Of a DNA stretch of 64,000 nucleotides, positions 17,295 through 29,117 are shown in pieces. The stretch lies in NCBI RefSeq assembly GCF_000737315.1, contig NZ_JMCB01000003.1, positions 930,001 to 994,000 of the forward strand. Reading direction: 5' to 3'. The notes beneath the pieces were generated by a model. The model saw only the letters and a program-made list of their open reading frames with translations. It was not told the DNA's origin and made no database searches. The stretch is from Hyalangium minutum. GTDB lineage: Bacteria; Myxococcota; Myxococcia; Myxococcales; Myxococcaceae. Each line of letters starts with the position of its first letter. Position 1 is the first letter of the stretch. The position numbers and the translations under genes were made by a program.

Positions 17295-17858
17295 CTAAAC
17301 CTCCTCGAATCTCGTGCCTGTAGCCCCGATACCTTCCAATGCGCCCTTGAGTTCCTCAGAAACAACGAGGACTCCCTCCCAACCCGCCAAACGAAACACC
17401 CGAGCCCCCCCCACCTTCGAGGGGTCTACACGGAGACTGCGCACGGACTTGTATTGACCTACCTTGTGAGGCACTCCGTCCTCATGAGTCCAGAGCCGAA
17501 TCCGTGAGGCTTTCTCATCAATGCAGGCGATACGACGCGTGGCGACAAGGATCAAATACTGATCGGAATACCCCTCAATGCCTGCGGGAATGAACTGCAC
17601 GTCATGGGCGGCCAGTTCCGTGAAGAGAGATGCCACCCTGACATGCACAATGGGGACTCCCAGATGGGTCTCAGAGAAGTCGAGCGGTCTGCCCGCCTGG
17701 TCGATGGAAATGTGGAAAGGCCCTACACCGCTTACAGGGGTACCACTCTTAAAGAGCCAGTCGTCCATCTCGCGCCCTTCGCTGTCGACGGGATCATCCA
17801 GTTGCCAGCGATGCGGGAACTCGACAGTGTCGTAGAGGGCAAAGAAGCGTGGTGCCAT
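17295..17858 (-). CDS. Imm11/DUF1629-like immunity protein
   Basis: GRPLDF, PIVHVRVASLF, DVQFIP, CIDE, VFRL..W...LVVSE motifs; 9 bp downstream of the AHH toxin. Confidence 0.8.
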   Translation of the reverse strand: MAPRFFALYDTVEFPHRWQLDDPVDSEGREMDDWLFKSGTPVSGVGPFHISIDQAGRPLDFSETHLGVPIVHVRVASLFTELAAHDVQFIPAGIEGYSDQYLILVATRRIACIDEKASRIRLWTHEDGVPHKVGQYKSVRSLRVDPSKVGGARVFRLAGWEGVLVVSEELKGALEGIGATGTRFEEV

Positions 17859-17867
17859 GCGTACCCT

Positions 17868-19232
17868 CTACAGGGGTGAGTTCCGGGTAACGAGTTGATT
17901 GAGCTCCGTACCAGGTGTGGCGATCTCCTGAGCCAAGTCCTTGAGAACACTGAGCAGCGCGGCGCGGCACTGCTCGACGGTGCGGCACCCTTTCGTCGCG
18001 TCGTCCAACTCTTGGAAGATCCTCCGATGGTATTCCTCCGGATGCGGTCCGTAGTGTCCTTCCAGAGGAAGCTTGTTTGCTGGATCGTCCAGCGTCATCC
18101 CGGCTTTTGCGAAGAGCTTCCTGAACCTGGGGGTCCACTGCCCTCCGCGCGCAGTGGATTTCTCGTTACAAATCGTGGCGATGTGATGCAGTTCAATGCA
18201 CGGGCCGGTGCCGCCCCGAGCCCGCGCCGCCATGGCCACCGCGTTGGCGGGCAGCCGAATGCTGACACCCTCGGCACTCAGCGCTATCTCTTCCACTGCC
18301 GCCAGTGCAGGCAGCGGGATACCCGCCTGGCCTTCGGCCTGCATCGCCACTTGCGCGGAGCCAGGCAACGTCGGCACCTTGGCTGCGAACTCCTGTGCCG
18401 TCCGGCCAATCGCTGCCATCAACAGCATGGCAAATGCGCGTGCGGATTCGCGTCCGATGACCTTGCCGAAACGCTCGCCCGCGTCGCGAATCTGCTCGAA
18501 GGTGACCGCTGCCTGCACGTCCTCCATCAACTGGAGCCAGCCAGACACGAGGTTACGGAGCGTGTCATACCCCACATACAAAACCATCCCCACGCCCATC
18601 ACCGCGACCAACGCAGGGGCCACAGGGTTGAGTGCCAGGATCAGCAGCATGGACCCAATCGTCCAGAGAGCCGCGCTCATGAGCGCCCGGAACTCCACCA
18701 TCTCCCCCAGCGCCTTCTGCAGTTCATCCAGTACGGGACTCTTGCTCAGAGCCAGTGCCCAGATGTATCGCCCGTGCAGATCCAGGTAACGCCCTCCCAC
18801 CAGCGCGCCTCCGAGGCAATCGCCGTAGAACCGGTGCACCCGTTGGCACCACTGCCGGTAACGTTCCGCCGTGTCTAAGTCCTCCTTTGTCAGCGGCCCT
18901 TCCAGGGGCTCGCCAGGCCCTATCGGCACCAGCTTTTTATCTCGGGGCAGGTAGAGATAGTTGCCACTCTGAGGGGACATCTGGAACATCGTCTCCACCA
19001 TCTGGCGTGGCGTCCCTGTCCACCGCACCTCCCGCGCCAGTTGCCTCACGGCTTCCTGGAACTCCTCTTCCTCCACCAGGACAGGCTGCACGTCAGCGGC
19101 ACGAGGAACGTGGACGGTGGCTCTTCCATGGCCGGTATCCCCTGTACGGACGATCCGAGGAGTGCCAGCACACCCGACAACCACCGCCAGGAGCAGCGCG
19201 CCGACTTGCCACAGCATCCGTCTTAGAGTCAT
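17868..19232 (-). CDS. Lipoprotein polymorphic toxin with C-terminal AHH nuclease (SitA-like)
   Basis: Lipobox VVGC; C-terminal HHIAT..N and GPHPEEYH motifs; followed by an immunity gene. Confidence 0.85.
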   Translation of the reverse strand: MTLRRMLWQVGALLLAVVVGCAGTPRIVRTGDTGHGRATVHVPRAADVQPVLVEEEEFQEAVRQLAREVRWTGTPRQMVETMFQMSPQSGNYLYLPRDKKLVPIGPGEPLEGPLTKEDLDTAERYRQWCQRVHRFYGDCLGGALVGGRYLDLHGRYIWALALSKSPVLDELQKALGEMVEFRALMSAALWTIGSMLLILALNPVAPALVAVMGVGMVLYVGYDTLRNLVSGWLQLMEDVQAAVTFEQIRDAGERFGKVIGRESARAFAMLLMAAIGRTAQEFAAKVPTLPGSAQVAMQAEGQAGIPLPALAAVEEIALSAEGVSIRLPANAVAMAARARGGTGPCIELHHIATICNEKSTARGGQWTPRFRKLFAKAGMTLDDPANKLPLEGHYGPHPEEYHRRIFQELDDATKGCRTVEQCRAALLSVLKDLAQEIATPGTELNQLVTRNSPL

Positions 19233-19900
19233 GAGCCATCCCTTCTGATGAGGTCACGTCTCCGCCGACGCCACGCCGTATAGGAAGCCACCAGCGCCCC
19301 GGCCAGTGCCCCCGCCAGGGCTCCCGCAGCCCGCCGTGACAGGCCCCCATGCGTCGGCGCCTCCATGCGGAACGTCTCCAGCGAGGCCCGAACCTCGGGC
19401 GCCAGTTCCTCCCACCGCGCCGCGGGCGCACTCACCGTCACCACCGCATGCCTTCCCTCGGAGGCCAGCCCCGCCACCAGCACTGTCCTCACCTGCCCTG
19501 CCTCCTTCAACGTCCCCAGCACTTCCACCCGGGGCTCCGGCCCCACCACCCGCTCCACCCGCTCCGGCACCAGCGTCAGCCCCAGCTCCTTCTCGAAATG
19601 CCGCACCACCGCCGCCGCGAAGTCGTCCCGCTCCGAAGGACTCGCCGAGAACGTCCTCTCCACCACCGCCACCAGCACCCGTGCCGCCTCCGCTCCCTCC
19701 CCGTCCGACAACGAGGCCGACAGGAACCGCGGCGCCCCCGGCTGCAGCGCCACCGCCCCTGCCCGAGTCCCCGCGTAGGGCTCCTGCCGCACCATCAGGA
19801 AACCCGCCGGCGGCCGAAAGCTGTAGCCGTCCTTGCGCAGCTCGGAGCCGAGCGCGCCCTGCACCACCAGCAGGCTGGCCAAAAGGGAGGAGAGAACCAT
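19229..19900 (-). CDS. Hypothetical exported protein with C-terminal TM and Arg cluster
   Basis: Signal peptide MVLSSLLASLLVVQGA; tail AAGALAGALAGALVASYTAWRRRRR; stop overlaps toxin ATG. Confidence 0.7.
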   Translation of the reverse strand: MVLSSLLASLLVVQGALGSELRKDGYSFRPPAGFLMVRQEPYAGTRAGAVALQPGAPRFLSASLSDGEGAEAARVLVAVVERTFSASPSERDDFAAAVVRHFEKELGLTLVPERVERVVGPEPRVEVLGTLKEAGQVRTVLVAGLASEGRHAVVTVSAPAARWEELAPEVRASLETFRMEAPTHGGLSRRAAGALAGALAGALVASYTAWRRRRRDLIRRDGS

Positions 19901-19962
19901 GGGCTTGCTCCGAGGATAACCCCGTGCGCTCCGTCCGCCCCGCACGTTAACCTGCGCCCGCA

Positions 19963-20439
19963 ATGACCCCTGAAGCCCGGGCCGAGATGCAGGCGCGAGC
20001 AGAACGTGCCCTGCGGCGCGGAGAACTATCCGATGCGGTGAGCCTCTACGAGACGCTCGTCCAGTCGTTCCCCTCGGACGAAGCCCTCGCCCAGAAGCTC
20101 GCCCTCCTCCGCGAGTCCCTCCAGCCCATGGAACTCGCCAAGTCCAAGCCACCCCCACGCGAGCAACCCCTGCCACTCGGCCCCTCCTCCCCCGTCCAAG
20201 AGGGCGAGCGGCTCTTCGCCCTCGGCGACTATGCCGGTGCCGCCGCCGCCTACCGCCGCGCCCTCCAAGAGCGCCCCGGCAACGATCTCATCCAGGAACG
20301 CCTCGTGGAGCTGTACCGGCTGGCCACCGCCTCGCCTACACACTCCCCCACCGATCGCGCCCTCCCCAAGGAGCGTGAACATCGCCTCCAGGCCCTGTTG
20401 GATCGGCTGGCCGCCCGGCGACGTCTCAAGCGCGAGTGA
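19963..20439 (+). CDS. TPR-like helical repeat protein
   Basis: Two TPR-like units (AERALRRGELSDAVSLYE; GERLFALGDYAGAAAAYRRAL). Confidence 0.7.
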   Translation: MTPEARAEMQARAERALRRGELSDAVSLYETLVQSFPSDEALAQKLALLRESLQPMELAKSKPPPREQPLPLGPSSPVQEGERLFALGDYAGAAAAYRRALQERPGNDLIQERLVELYRLATASPTHSPTDRALPKEREHRLQALLDRLAARRRLKRE

Positions 20440-20605
20440 CGCCCACCCCCGCTCCCTCCTTATCAAGCAAGGAAGTTCCAGGTCTTCCCGCGACGCACCG
20501 CACGATTCGTGCGTTGCACCCCTGGGGGGTGGGTCCTACAATCCCGCCCCGACGCCGCTGTCATAGGCGCTGACCCATTCCCTGACACCTGCGTCCGGCT
20601 TTTCT

Positions 20606-21706
20606 ATGCCCCAACCCCTGCGACTCGGAGTCCTCACCGGTGGAGGCGACTGCCCCGGGCTCAATGCGCTCATCCGCGGCTTGGTGAAGCGGGGCGTTCA
20701 CGAGTTCGGCCACACCTTCGTCGGCATCGAGAACGGCTACATGGGCCTGGTCGAGCCCGACCTCACCCGCCCCCTCACCGAGGAGGACACCCGCGGCATC
20801 CTCCCCAAGGGCGGCACCATCCTCGGTACCTCCAACAAGGCCAACCCCTTCGAGTACGCCTTCAAAAAAGAGGATGGCACGTGGGGGGTGAAGGATGTCT
20901 CCGATGAAGTGCTCCGCCGAGCCGAGGAGCTGAAGCTCGACGGTCTGGTTGCCATCGGCGGGGACGGCACGCTGACGATCGGCCACCAGCTCTCCGAGAA
21001 GGGCCTGCGCGTGGTCGGCTGCCCGAAGACCATCGACAACGATCTGTCCGGCACGGACCAGACGTTCGGCTTCGACACCGCGCGCGGCATCTGCACCGAG
21101 GCCATCGACCGGCTGCACTCCACCGCCGAGGCCCATGACCGCGTCATGGTGGTGGAGATCATGGGCCGCCACGCGGGCTTCCTCACGCTGGACAGCGGCA
21201 TCGCCGGCGGCGCGGACGTCATCCTCATCCCGGAAATCCCCTACCGGATCGAGCCCATCGTGGAGAAGATCCGCCGCCGGGGCCGCCGCAAGCGCAGCTT
21301 CTCCATCATCGCCATCGCCGAGGGCGCCTACCCCGTCGGCGGCACGCTGGCCGTGGCCGAGCAGGCCGAGGACATCCCCGGCCGGGGCGTGGTGCGGCTG
21401 GGCGGCGCGGGCAAGGTGTGCGCGGACCTGCTGGCCCGCCACATCGAGGCGGAGATCCGCGTCACCGTGCTGGGCCACCTGCAGCGCGGCGGCACGCCCT
21501 CGGCGGCGGACCGGGTGCTGGCCACGCTCTACGGCTGCAAGGTGCTGGATCTGGTGCGTGATGGTGAATGGGACCACATGGTCGCGCTGCGCCAGGGGAA
21601 GATCGTCACCGTGCCGCTGAGCGAGTCGCGCAAGGAGCGCCGGGTCAATCCGAACGGCGAAGAGGTACGCTTCGCCAAGAGCATGGGCATCAGCTTCGGG
21701 GACTGA
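20606..21706 (+). CDS. pfkA: 6-phosphofructokinase
   Basis: TGGGDCPGLN, GGTILGT, IGGDG, PKTIDND, EIMGR, LGHLQRGG. Confidence 0.95.
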   Translation: MPQPLRLGVLTGGGDCPGLNALIRGLVKRGVHEFGHTFVGIENGYMGLVEPDLTRPLTEEDTRGILPKGGTILGTSNKANPFEYAFKKEDGTWGVKDVSDEVLRRAEELKLDGLVAIGGDGTLTIGHQLSEKGLRVVGCPKTIDNDLSGTDQTFGFDTARGICTEAIDRLHSTAEAHDRVMVVEIMGRHAGFLTLDSGIAGGADVILIPEIPYRIEPIVEKIRRRGRRKRSFSIIAIAEGAYPVGGTLAVAEQAEDIPGRGVVRLGGAGKVCADLLARHIEAEIRVTVLGHLQRGGTPSAADRVLATLYGCKVLDLVRDGEWDHMVALRQGKIVTVPLSESRKERRVNPNGEEVRFAKSMGISFGD

Positions 21707-21724
21707 GGGGGGGCACCTGACACG

Positions 21725-23577
<1,853 letters not shown>

Positions 23578-23581
<4 letters not shown>

Positions 23582-24567
23582 GCCGTGGCCTGCCGCTCCT
23601 GCTCTGCCTCCTGTCCACGCTCCTGGGGCCTGGGGTGGCACGCGCGCAGGACTCCGACACCGAGCTGGCCGGCATCCGCGCCGCCTTCGAGTACGGCAAG
23701 TACGCCGAGGTACTCGAGCGCACCAGCGCCCGGATCGATCGCGGCAGCCTGAGCGAGGAGCAGCTCGTGGATCTGCACGAGCTGGCGGGCCTGGCGGCCT
23801 TCAACCTCCAGCGGAAGGGCGACGCGGAGCGGCATTTTACTTCCCTGCTGCGGCTGGATCCGGACCACAGCCTGGATCCCTTCGTGGTACCGCCGCCCGC
23901 GGTGGACTACTTCGACAAGCTCAAGCAGCGGCTGGACCCAGAGCTGGACTTCTTGAGGCAGGAGCGCCGGCTGAGGCAAGAGCGCACCCGCGTGGAGGCC
24001 GAGCGCCGCGAGCGGGAGCGACTGGCCGCCGAGGAGCAGCGCCGCCGCGCCGAGGCCCTGGCCCGCCAGGTGACGGTGCGCACGGTGGAGAAGCGCAACT
24101 TCCTGGTGAACTTCGTCCCCTTCGGCGCGGGCCAGTTCCAGCAGGGCCGCAGCAGCCTCGGGATCGTCTTCGCCGCCTCCGAGGGTGCGCTCGCGGTGAC
24201 GAGCGTCATCGCCTACTTCGCCTACGAGGCCCTCTTCGAGACGGACACCGTCGAGCTGGATGACGTGCTCACCGAGACGGGCAAGGCCACCATCACCGTG
24301 CGCTACATCCCCACCAACCGCGCCAACCAGGCGGACGCGTGGCGGCTGCTGAAGATCGGCTCGGCCGCGGGCTTCTACAGCGTCTACGCCCTGGGCGTGG
24401 CTGACGCCCTCTACCACCACGAGGATCAGGTGTTGACCACCACCATCGAGGAACGCCCCGCCCCGCCTCCCTCCCCGGCACCCGCGAAGGCTCCCAGCTC
24501 CTCGGCCCAGCTCCGCATCTACCCCACGTCGGGTGGGCTCGGCGCGGGCCTCACCCTCACCTTCTAG
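23578..24567 (+). CDS. Exported TPR-containing protein
   Basis: Signal peptide, TPR-like helices, coiled coil, C-terminal GLTLTF; overlaps kinase stop. Confidence 0.7.
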
Positions 24568-24591
24568 CTCCCGCTCCTCAGGACTCTCCCC

Positions 24592-26472
24592 ATGGCCAGT
24601 CTCAGCGTCCGCACCCCCGACGGCAAGGTCCGCACGCTCCCCCTGATCAAGCGCCTCACCAGCATCGGACGAGGGCCGGACAACGACATCGCCCTGGACG
24701 ACCCCACCGTGCCGGAGAGCGCCCTCCACGTGCAGTTCGACGGCAGCCGCTTCACCGTGGGCAGCCTCGGGGCCACGTTCCAGGTCAACGGCAAGAAGCG
24801 CGACTCGCACGTGCTGGCCTCGCAGGACACCATCCGCGTGGGCGGCACCGAGCTGACGTTCTCCCGGGATGACACGCCCGTGGTCCGTACGACACCCACG
24901 CCCACGCCGCCGCCGGAGTCCGTCACCTCGGACGAGTCCCACACCGCAGAGATCCCCGGCGTCCCCGGCCGCGAGCTGGCCATGCTGCGCCGGCTCACCA
25001 CCTTCAGCGAGCGGCTGCTGGGCAGCTATGACCTGGACAAGCTCCTCGAGAACCTGATGGACGAGGTCATCGAGGTGACGCGCGCGGACAAGGGCTTCCT
25101 CATCCTGATGGAGAGCAACGAGCCGCGCGTGAAGGTGGCGCGCAACCTCGCGCGGGAGAACATCGAGGACGCGGTGGAGAAGCTGTCAGACTCCATCATC
25201 TCCAAGGTGGTGAAGGACCAGAAGCCGATCATCATCGCGGACGCCATCGACACGCCCGAGTTCAAGGCCAGCGAGTCCGTGGTGAATCTCAAGGTCCACT
25301 CCGTCATGTGCGTGCCGCTGACGCACAAGGGCGAGCTCTTCGGCCTGATCTACGTGGGCAATGACCGGCTGGTGAACCGCTTCGAGCCCAAGAGCCTCGA
25401 CATGCTCACCATCTTCGCCGCGCAGGCCTCGCTCATCCTGCACAACGCGCTGCTGGTGAACGAGCTCAAGCTCGACAACACCGAGCTGCGCAAGAAGCTG
25501 GAGGACCAGCGCTACGGCGACATCGTCGGCTCGTGCCAGGGCATGCGCGAGGTGTTCAAGCGCATCGACAAGATCGCGCTCACGGACATCTCCGTGCTGA
25601 TCACGGGAGAGACGGGCACCGGCAAGGAGCTGATCGCCCGGGAGATCCACCGGCACTCGCCGCGCGCCAAGGGCCCGTTCATCACCATCAACTGCGGCGC
25701 CATCCCGGAGAACCTCCTGGAGAGCGAGCTGTTCGGCCACGTGAAGGGCGCCTTCACGGGCGCCGTGGCGACCCGGCCTGGCAAGTTCCAGGCGGCCATC
25801 GGCGGCACGCTCTTCCTGGACGAGATCGGCGAGATGCCACTCCAGCTCCAGGTGAAGCTGCTGCGCGCGCTGCAGGAGAAGGTCGTCTACAAGGTCGGCG
25901 ACAACCGCGGCGAGGCAGTGGACATCCGCGTGGTGGCCGCGACGAACAAGATCCTCGAGGAGGAGGTGAAGAAGAACACCTTCCGCGAGGACCTCTACTA
26001 CCGGCTCAACGTCGTCACCCTGAAGCTGCCCCCGCTGCGCGAGCGCGGCGAGGACGTGATCGTCCTGGGCAAGTTCTTCCTGCAGAAGTACTCCAAGGAG
26101 TTCAGCTCCAAGGTGAAGGGCTTCACCCCCGCGGCCACCGTGGCCATGAAGAAGTACGCGTGGCCGGGCAACATCCGCGAGCTGGAGAACCGCATCAAGA
26201 AGGCCGTGGTGCTGTCCGACAAGCCGCTCCTCGGCGCGGACGATCTGGACCTCAAGCCGGAGAACCTGGACCCCATCATGCCCCTGCTCCAGGCCAAGGA
26301 AGAGTTCCAGAAGCGCTACATCAACGAGGTGCTCGCCCGGAACAACGGCAACCGCACCAAGACGGCCAAGGACCTGGGCGTCGACCCGCGCACCATCTTC
26401 CGCCACCTGGAGAAGCTGGAGGCCGAGAAGTCAGGCAAGCCCTTGCCTCCCGAGGAGGAGGAGCTGCTCTAG
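24592..26472 (+). CDS. Sigma54 enhancer-binding protein, FHA-GAF-AAA-Fis HTH
   Basis: [44 protein letters not shown]; N-terminal FHA-like and GAF domains. Confidence 0.92.
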   Translation: MASLSVRTPDGKVRTLPLIKRLTSIGRGPDNDIALDDPTVPESALHVQFDGSRFTVGSLGATFQVNGKKRDSHVLASQDTIRVGGTELTFSRDDTPVVRTTPTPTPPPESVTSDESHTAEIPGVPGRELAMLRRLTTFSERLLGSYDLDKLLENLMDEVIEVTRADKGFLILMESNEPRVKVARNLARENIEDAVEKLSDSIISKVVKDQKPIIIADAIDTPEFKASESVVNLKVHSVMCVPLTHKGELFGLIYVGNDRLVNRFEPKSLDMLTIFAAQASLILHNALLVNELKLDNTELRKKLEDQRYGDIVGSCQGMREVFKRIDKIALTDISVLITGETGTGKELIAREIHRHSPRAKGPFITINCGAIPENLLESELFGHVKGAFTGAVATRPGKFQAAIGGTLFLDEIGEMPLQLQVKLLRALQEKVVYKVGDNRGEAVDIRVVAATNKILEEEVKKNTFREDLYYRLNVVTLKLPPLRERGEDVIVLGKFFLQKYSKEFSSKVKGFTPAATVAMKKYAWPGNIRELENRIKKAVVLSDKPLLGADDLDLKPENLDPIMPLLQAKEEFQKRYINEVLARNNGNRTKTAKDLGVDPRTIFRHLEKLEAEKSGKPLPPEEEELL

Positions 26473-26542
26473 CCTGCGACGCCGCTGTCACGGTCCCCCG
26501 CCCTCCTTGGCGCTCCCGCTGTCCCAAGTCCCCGAGCTTCCT

Positions 26543-27136
26543 ATGGAATCCTCTCGTTCTCCGCTGGCCAAGGGATTGCTTGCGCTACTGCTTCGGTGGC
26601 TGGGGCTGGCATGGGTGGTGGGCGTGGCGGGCGGGTGCCTCGTCCCTCAGGATGACACGCTCCTGGAGGGGGGCATCCCCCAGCGCCGCAACCGTCCCCC
26701 TCGCATCGTGGAGAACCAAGTGCAGCCCTCGGAACCGATCATCAATGACTTCGGCACGGGAGGCCTGTGCGAGCTGGACTTCTCCGTCATCGTCGAGGAC
26801 CCGGACGTGGACGATCTCGTCACGGTGAGCTGGTACCTGGACTATGACAGCCAGCGCCCCACCGGTTTCTACAGCGAGGTCGCGCTGGCCAATAACGGAC
26901 AGCCCCAGCGCGGAGACCGGGCCATGCTGCGCATCAACCTGAGGGCGGCCAACAGCCCGCTGAGCGCTCCGGGGGTGCACCTGGTGGAGGCGGTGGTGAC
27001 CGACACGCGGCTGGTAGGCCGCGAGCCTGTACCGCTGAGCCAGGTGGTGCTGGACGGCGGGGGCGTGATCATCAACCCGGGCTATGTGGTGACGCACGCC
27101 TGGTTCGTCACCACCGTGGGGGGAGGCTGCCCATGA
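26543..27136 (+). CDS. Hypothetical lipoprotein
   Basis: Hydrophobic leader ending VAGGC; high GC3; start uncertain. Confidence 0.65.
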   Translation: MESSRSPLAKGLLALLLRWLGLAWVVGVAGGCLVPQDDTLLEGGIPQRRNRPPRIVENQVQPSEPIINDFGTGGLCELDFSVIVEDPDVDDLVTVSWYLDYDSQRPTGFYSEVALANNGQPQRGDRAMLRINLRAANSPLSAPGVHLVEAVVTDTRLVGREPVPLSQVVLDGGGVIINPGYVVTHAWFVTTVGGGCP

Positions 27137-28755
27137 GCCGCATGAGCCCCCCCCTGCGTGCGCTGCTGGCGCTGGCCGTGACCAGCTCCGCCTGCGCCTA
27201 CCTGCCGGACGATCCCAAGGAGAGCACGCTCGTCTGCCGCAACGACTCGGAGTGCGGCGAGGGCGAGGTGTGCTTCCTGGACGGGTGCGGAAACCCGGGC
27301 CAGTTCATCTTCGTGGAGGTGACGCCCAACCCGAAGGCAGGCCTGCACCCGCAGGACTTTCCCGTGGAGAACCTGCGGCCCCAGCAGAACCTGGAGCTCT
27401 TCGGGCGCGCCACCCTCCAGGGCGAGGTGCGCCGCGAGTCGCTGATGCCGAGCCCGGAGAGCAGCACCGTCGCGTACTCGAGCCCCATCTTCGTGCGCGC
27501 CACGGGCGAGAGCCTGCTCATCCCCGGCGTGACGCGCCTCTACAAGACGAACCTCGTGCCCGACAACGGCCGCTTTGAGCTCTCGGTGGGCTCGGGCCGC
27601 TACACGGTGACGCTGACGGCCGAGGATCCCCAAGTCCCCCCGGTGTCGGAGTCCCGCGCGGTGAATCCCGGCCAGGCGGTGCCGCTCCAGTTCCTGCTGC
27701 CTGCCTCCACCGCCGTCACCCGGCTGGCCGGCAAGGTGGTGCGCCAGGGCACCACGCTGGTGGACGCGGACCTGGAGGTCCAGGCGCTCGATGACTCGCT
27801 GCGGCCCCTGTCCCAGCGCGTCCCGGTGGTCCGGAGCTCGGGCGAGTTCCTGCTGGCACTGTCTCCCTTGGCGGCGAAGCTGGAGCACGTGCTCGTCCAG
27901 GTGACCGTGCCTCGCGCGGACACGCTGGTGCCCCAGAAGACCTTCACCGTGGATCCGCGCCCCGGCGTCACCGCGCCCCTGGAGCTCGGCGACTACGGCG
28001 AGGGGGTGACGGTGCAAGGCCTCGTGGTGAACCGGGAAAAACTGCCCGTGGCCAACGCCTCCGTGTACCTCCAGGGCAAGGTGGGCGGCGGAGGCGAGTT
28101 CCGCAGCCGCAGCGCCACCACCGACGCGAACGGGCGCTTCGAGCTGCTCTCGCTCCCCAGCCACCCCGACACCCCGCTCACCCTCTATGCGGTTCCGCCG
28201 GCCAGCACCCCCGCCGGCCTCATCCTGGTGTCCACCGCCATTCCCCGCGGAGGCATCACACTCCAGGACATCGTCTGTCCGGACAAGATCGTCGCCAGTG
28301 GCACGCTGATGCGGCCCGAGGGACTCCCCGCCGCAGGCGTTCGCGTGGTGGCCGAGCCCGTGGGCGAGGTGACGGGCTGGCCTCGCCCTGCGGTGAACAC
28401 GGAGGCGGAGTCCGCCACGGACGAGGACGGCCGCTACCGCCTGCGGCTGGATCCCGGCGAGTACCGCTTCGACTTCATCCCCGCCGAGAACCTGCCGCGC
28501 GTCAGCCGCTTCGTCACGGTGCTGCCCTCGGTGGATCTGGAGGTGGCGCCCTTCACCCTGTCGAAGGGGCGGCGCATCACCGGACGGGTGAAGCTGTCCG
28601 AGCCGGATCTGTCCAACCCCACCTCCGCCGCCGCGTACGCCTTCATCCGCTTCTTCCGCGTGGTGAACGTGGAGGGCAAGCCCACCGCCGTGCTGCTGGC
28701 CCAGGCCGTGGCCGACAGCGCCGGCAGCTACGCGGCCACCCTGCCCACGCGCTGA
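27133..28755 (+). CDS. Lipoprotein with Cys module and carboxypeptidase-regulatory-like beta-sandwich repeats
   Basis: Lipobox SSAC; CRNDSECGEGEVCFLDGC; repeated ATTDANGRFEL / ATDEDGRYRL / VADSAGSYA motifs. Confidence 0.75.
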   Translation: MSRMSPPLRALLALAVTSSACAYLPDDPKESTLVCRNDSECGEGEVCFLDGCGNPGQFIFVEVTPNPKAGLHPQDFPVENLRPQQNLELFGRATLQGEVRRESLMPSPESSTVAYSSPIFVRATGESLLIPGVTRLYKTNLVPDNGRFELSVGSGRYTVTLTAEDPQVPPVSESRAVNPGQAVPLQFLLPASTAVTRLAGKVVRQGTTLVDADLEVQALDDSLRPLSQRVPVVRSSGEFLLALSPLAAKLEHVLVQVTVPRADTLVPQKTFTVDPRPGVTAPLELGDYGEGVTVQGLVVNREKLPVANASVYLQGKVGGGGEFRSRSATTDANGRFELLSLPSHPDTPLTLYAVPPASTPAGLILVSTAIPRGGITLQDIVCPDKIVASGTLMRPEGLPAAGVRVVAEPVGEVTGWPRPAVNTEAESATDEDGRYRLRLDPGEYRFDFIPAENLPRVSRFVTVLPSVDLEVAPFTLSKGRRITGRVKLSEPDLSNPTSAAAYAFIRFFRVVNVEGKPTAVLLAQAVADSAGSYAATLPTR

Positions 28756-28764
28756 GGCGTGGGC

Positions 28765-29064
28765 TCAGGCGAGCCGTCGGTACCGGATGATCTCCGGAGG
28801 CGACGCCAGCAGGTCCGCGAACTGGGCGAAGACCTTCTGAAGGTGCGGCAGCGCCAGGTGCGTGTTCAGATCGGCCTCGGTGTCCCACTCCTCCACGAGC
28901 GTGAGCACCGTGGGGCTGCTCCGATCCCTCAGCGCCATGTAGCTGCGGCAGCCCTTCTCCTTCCGAGTCGGCTCGACGAGCGGCTCGATCAACTTCCAGA
29001 GGGCCTCTTCCTTACCGGCCCGGGCCTGCAGCTTCGCGACGACGTAGACGATCTCATCCTGCAT
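28765..29064 (-). CDS. Antibiotic biosynthesis monooxygenase (putative quinol monooxygenase) family protein
   Basis: VAKLQARAGKEE...TRKEKGCRSY...EEW...HLALPH. Confidence 0.85.
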   Translation of the reverse strand: MQDEIVYVVAKLQARAGKEEALWKLIEPLVEPTRKEKGCRSYMALRDRSSPTVLTLVEEWDTEADLNTHLALPHLQKVFAQFADLLASPPEIIRYRRLA

Positions 29065-29117
29065 GGTCCCCCCTCCCTGGTGGGTAGGCCGAGATTAGCA
29101 GGAAGCAGGCGGTCGCG

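Noticed and set aside
17289-17507. 72-aa + strand ORF just after the kinase
   Set aside because: Lies antisense within the Imm11-like gene; no RBS or motif support.
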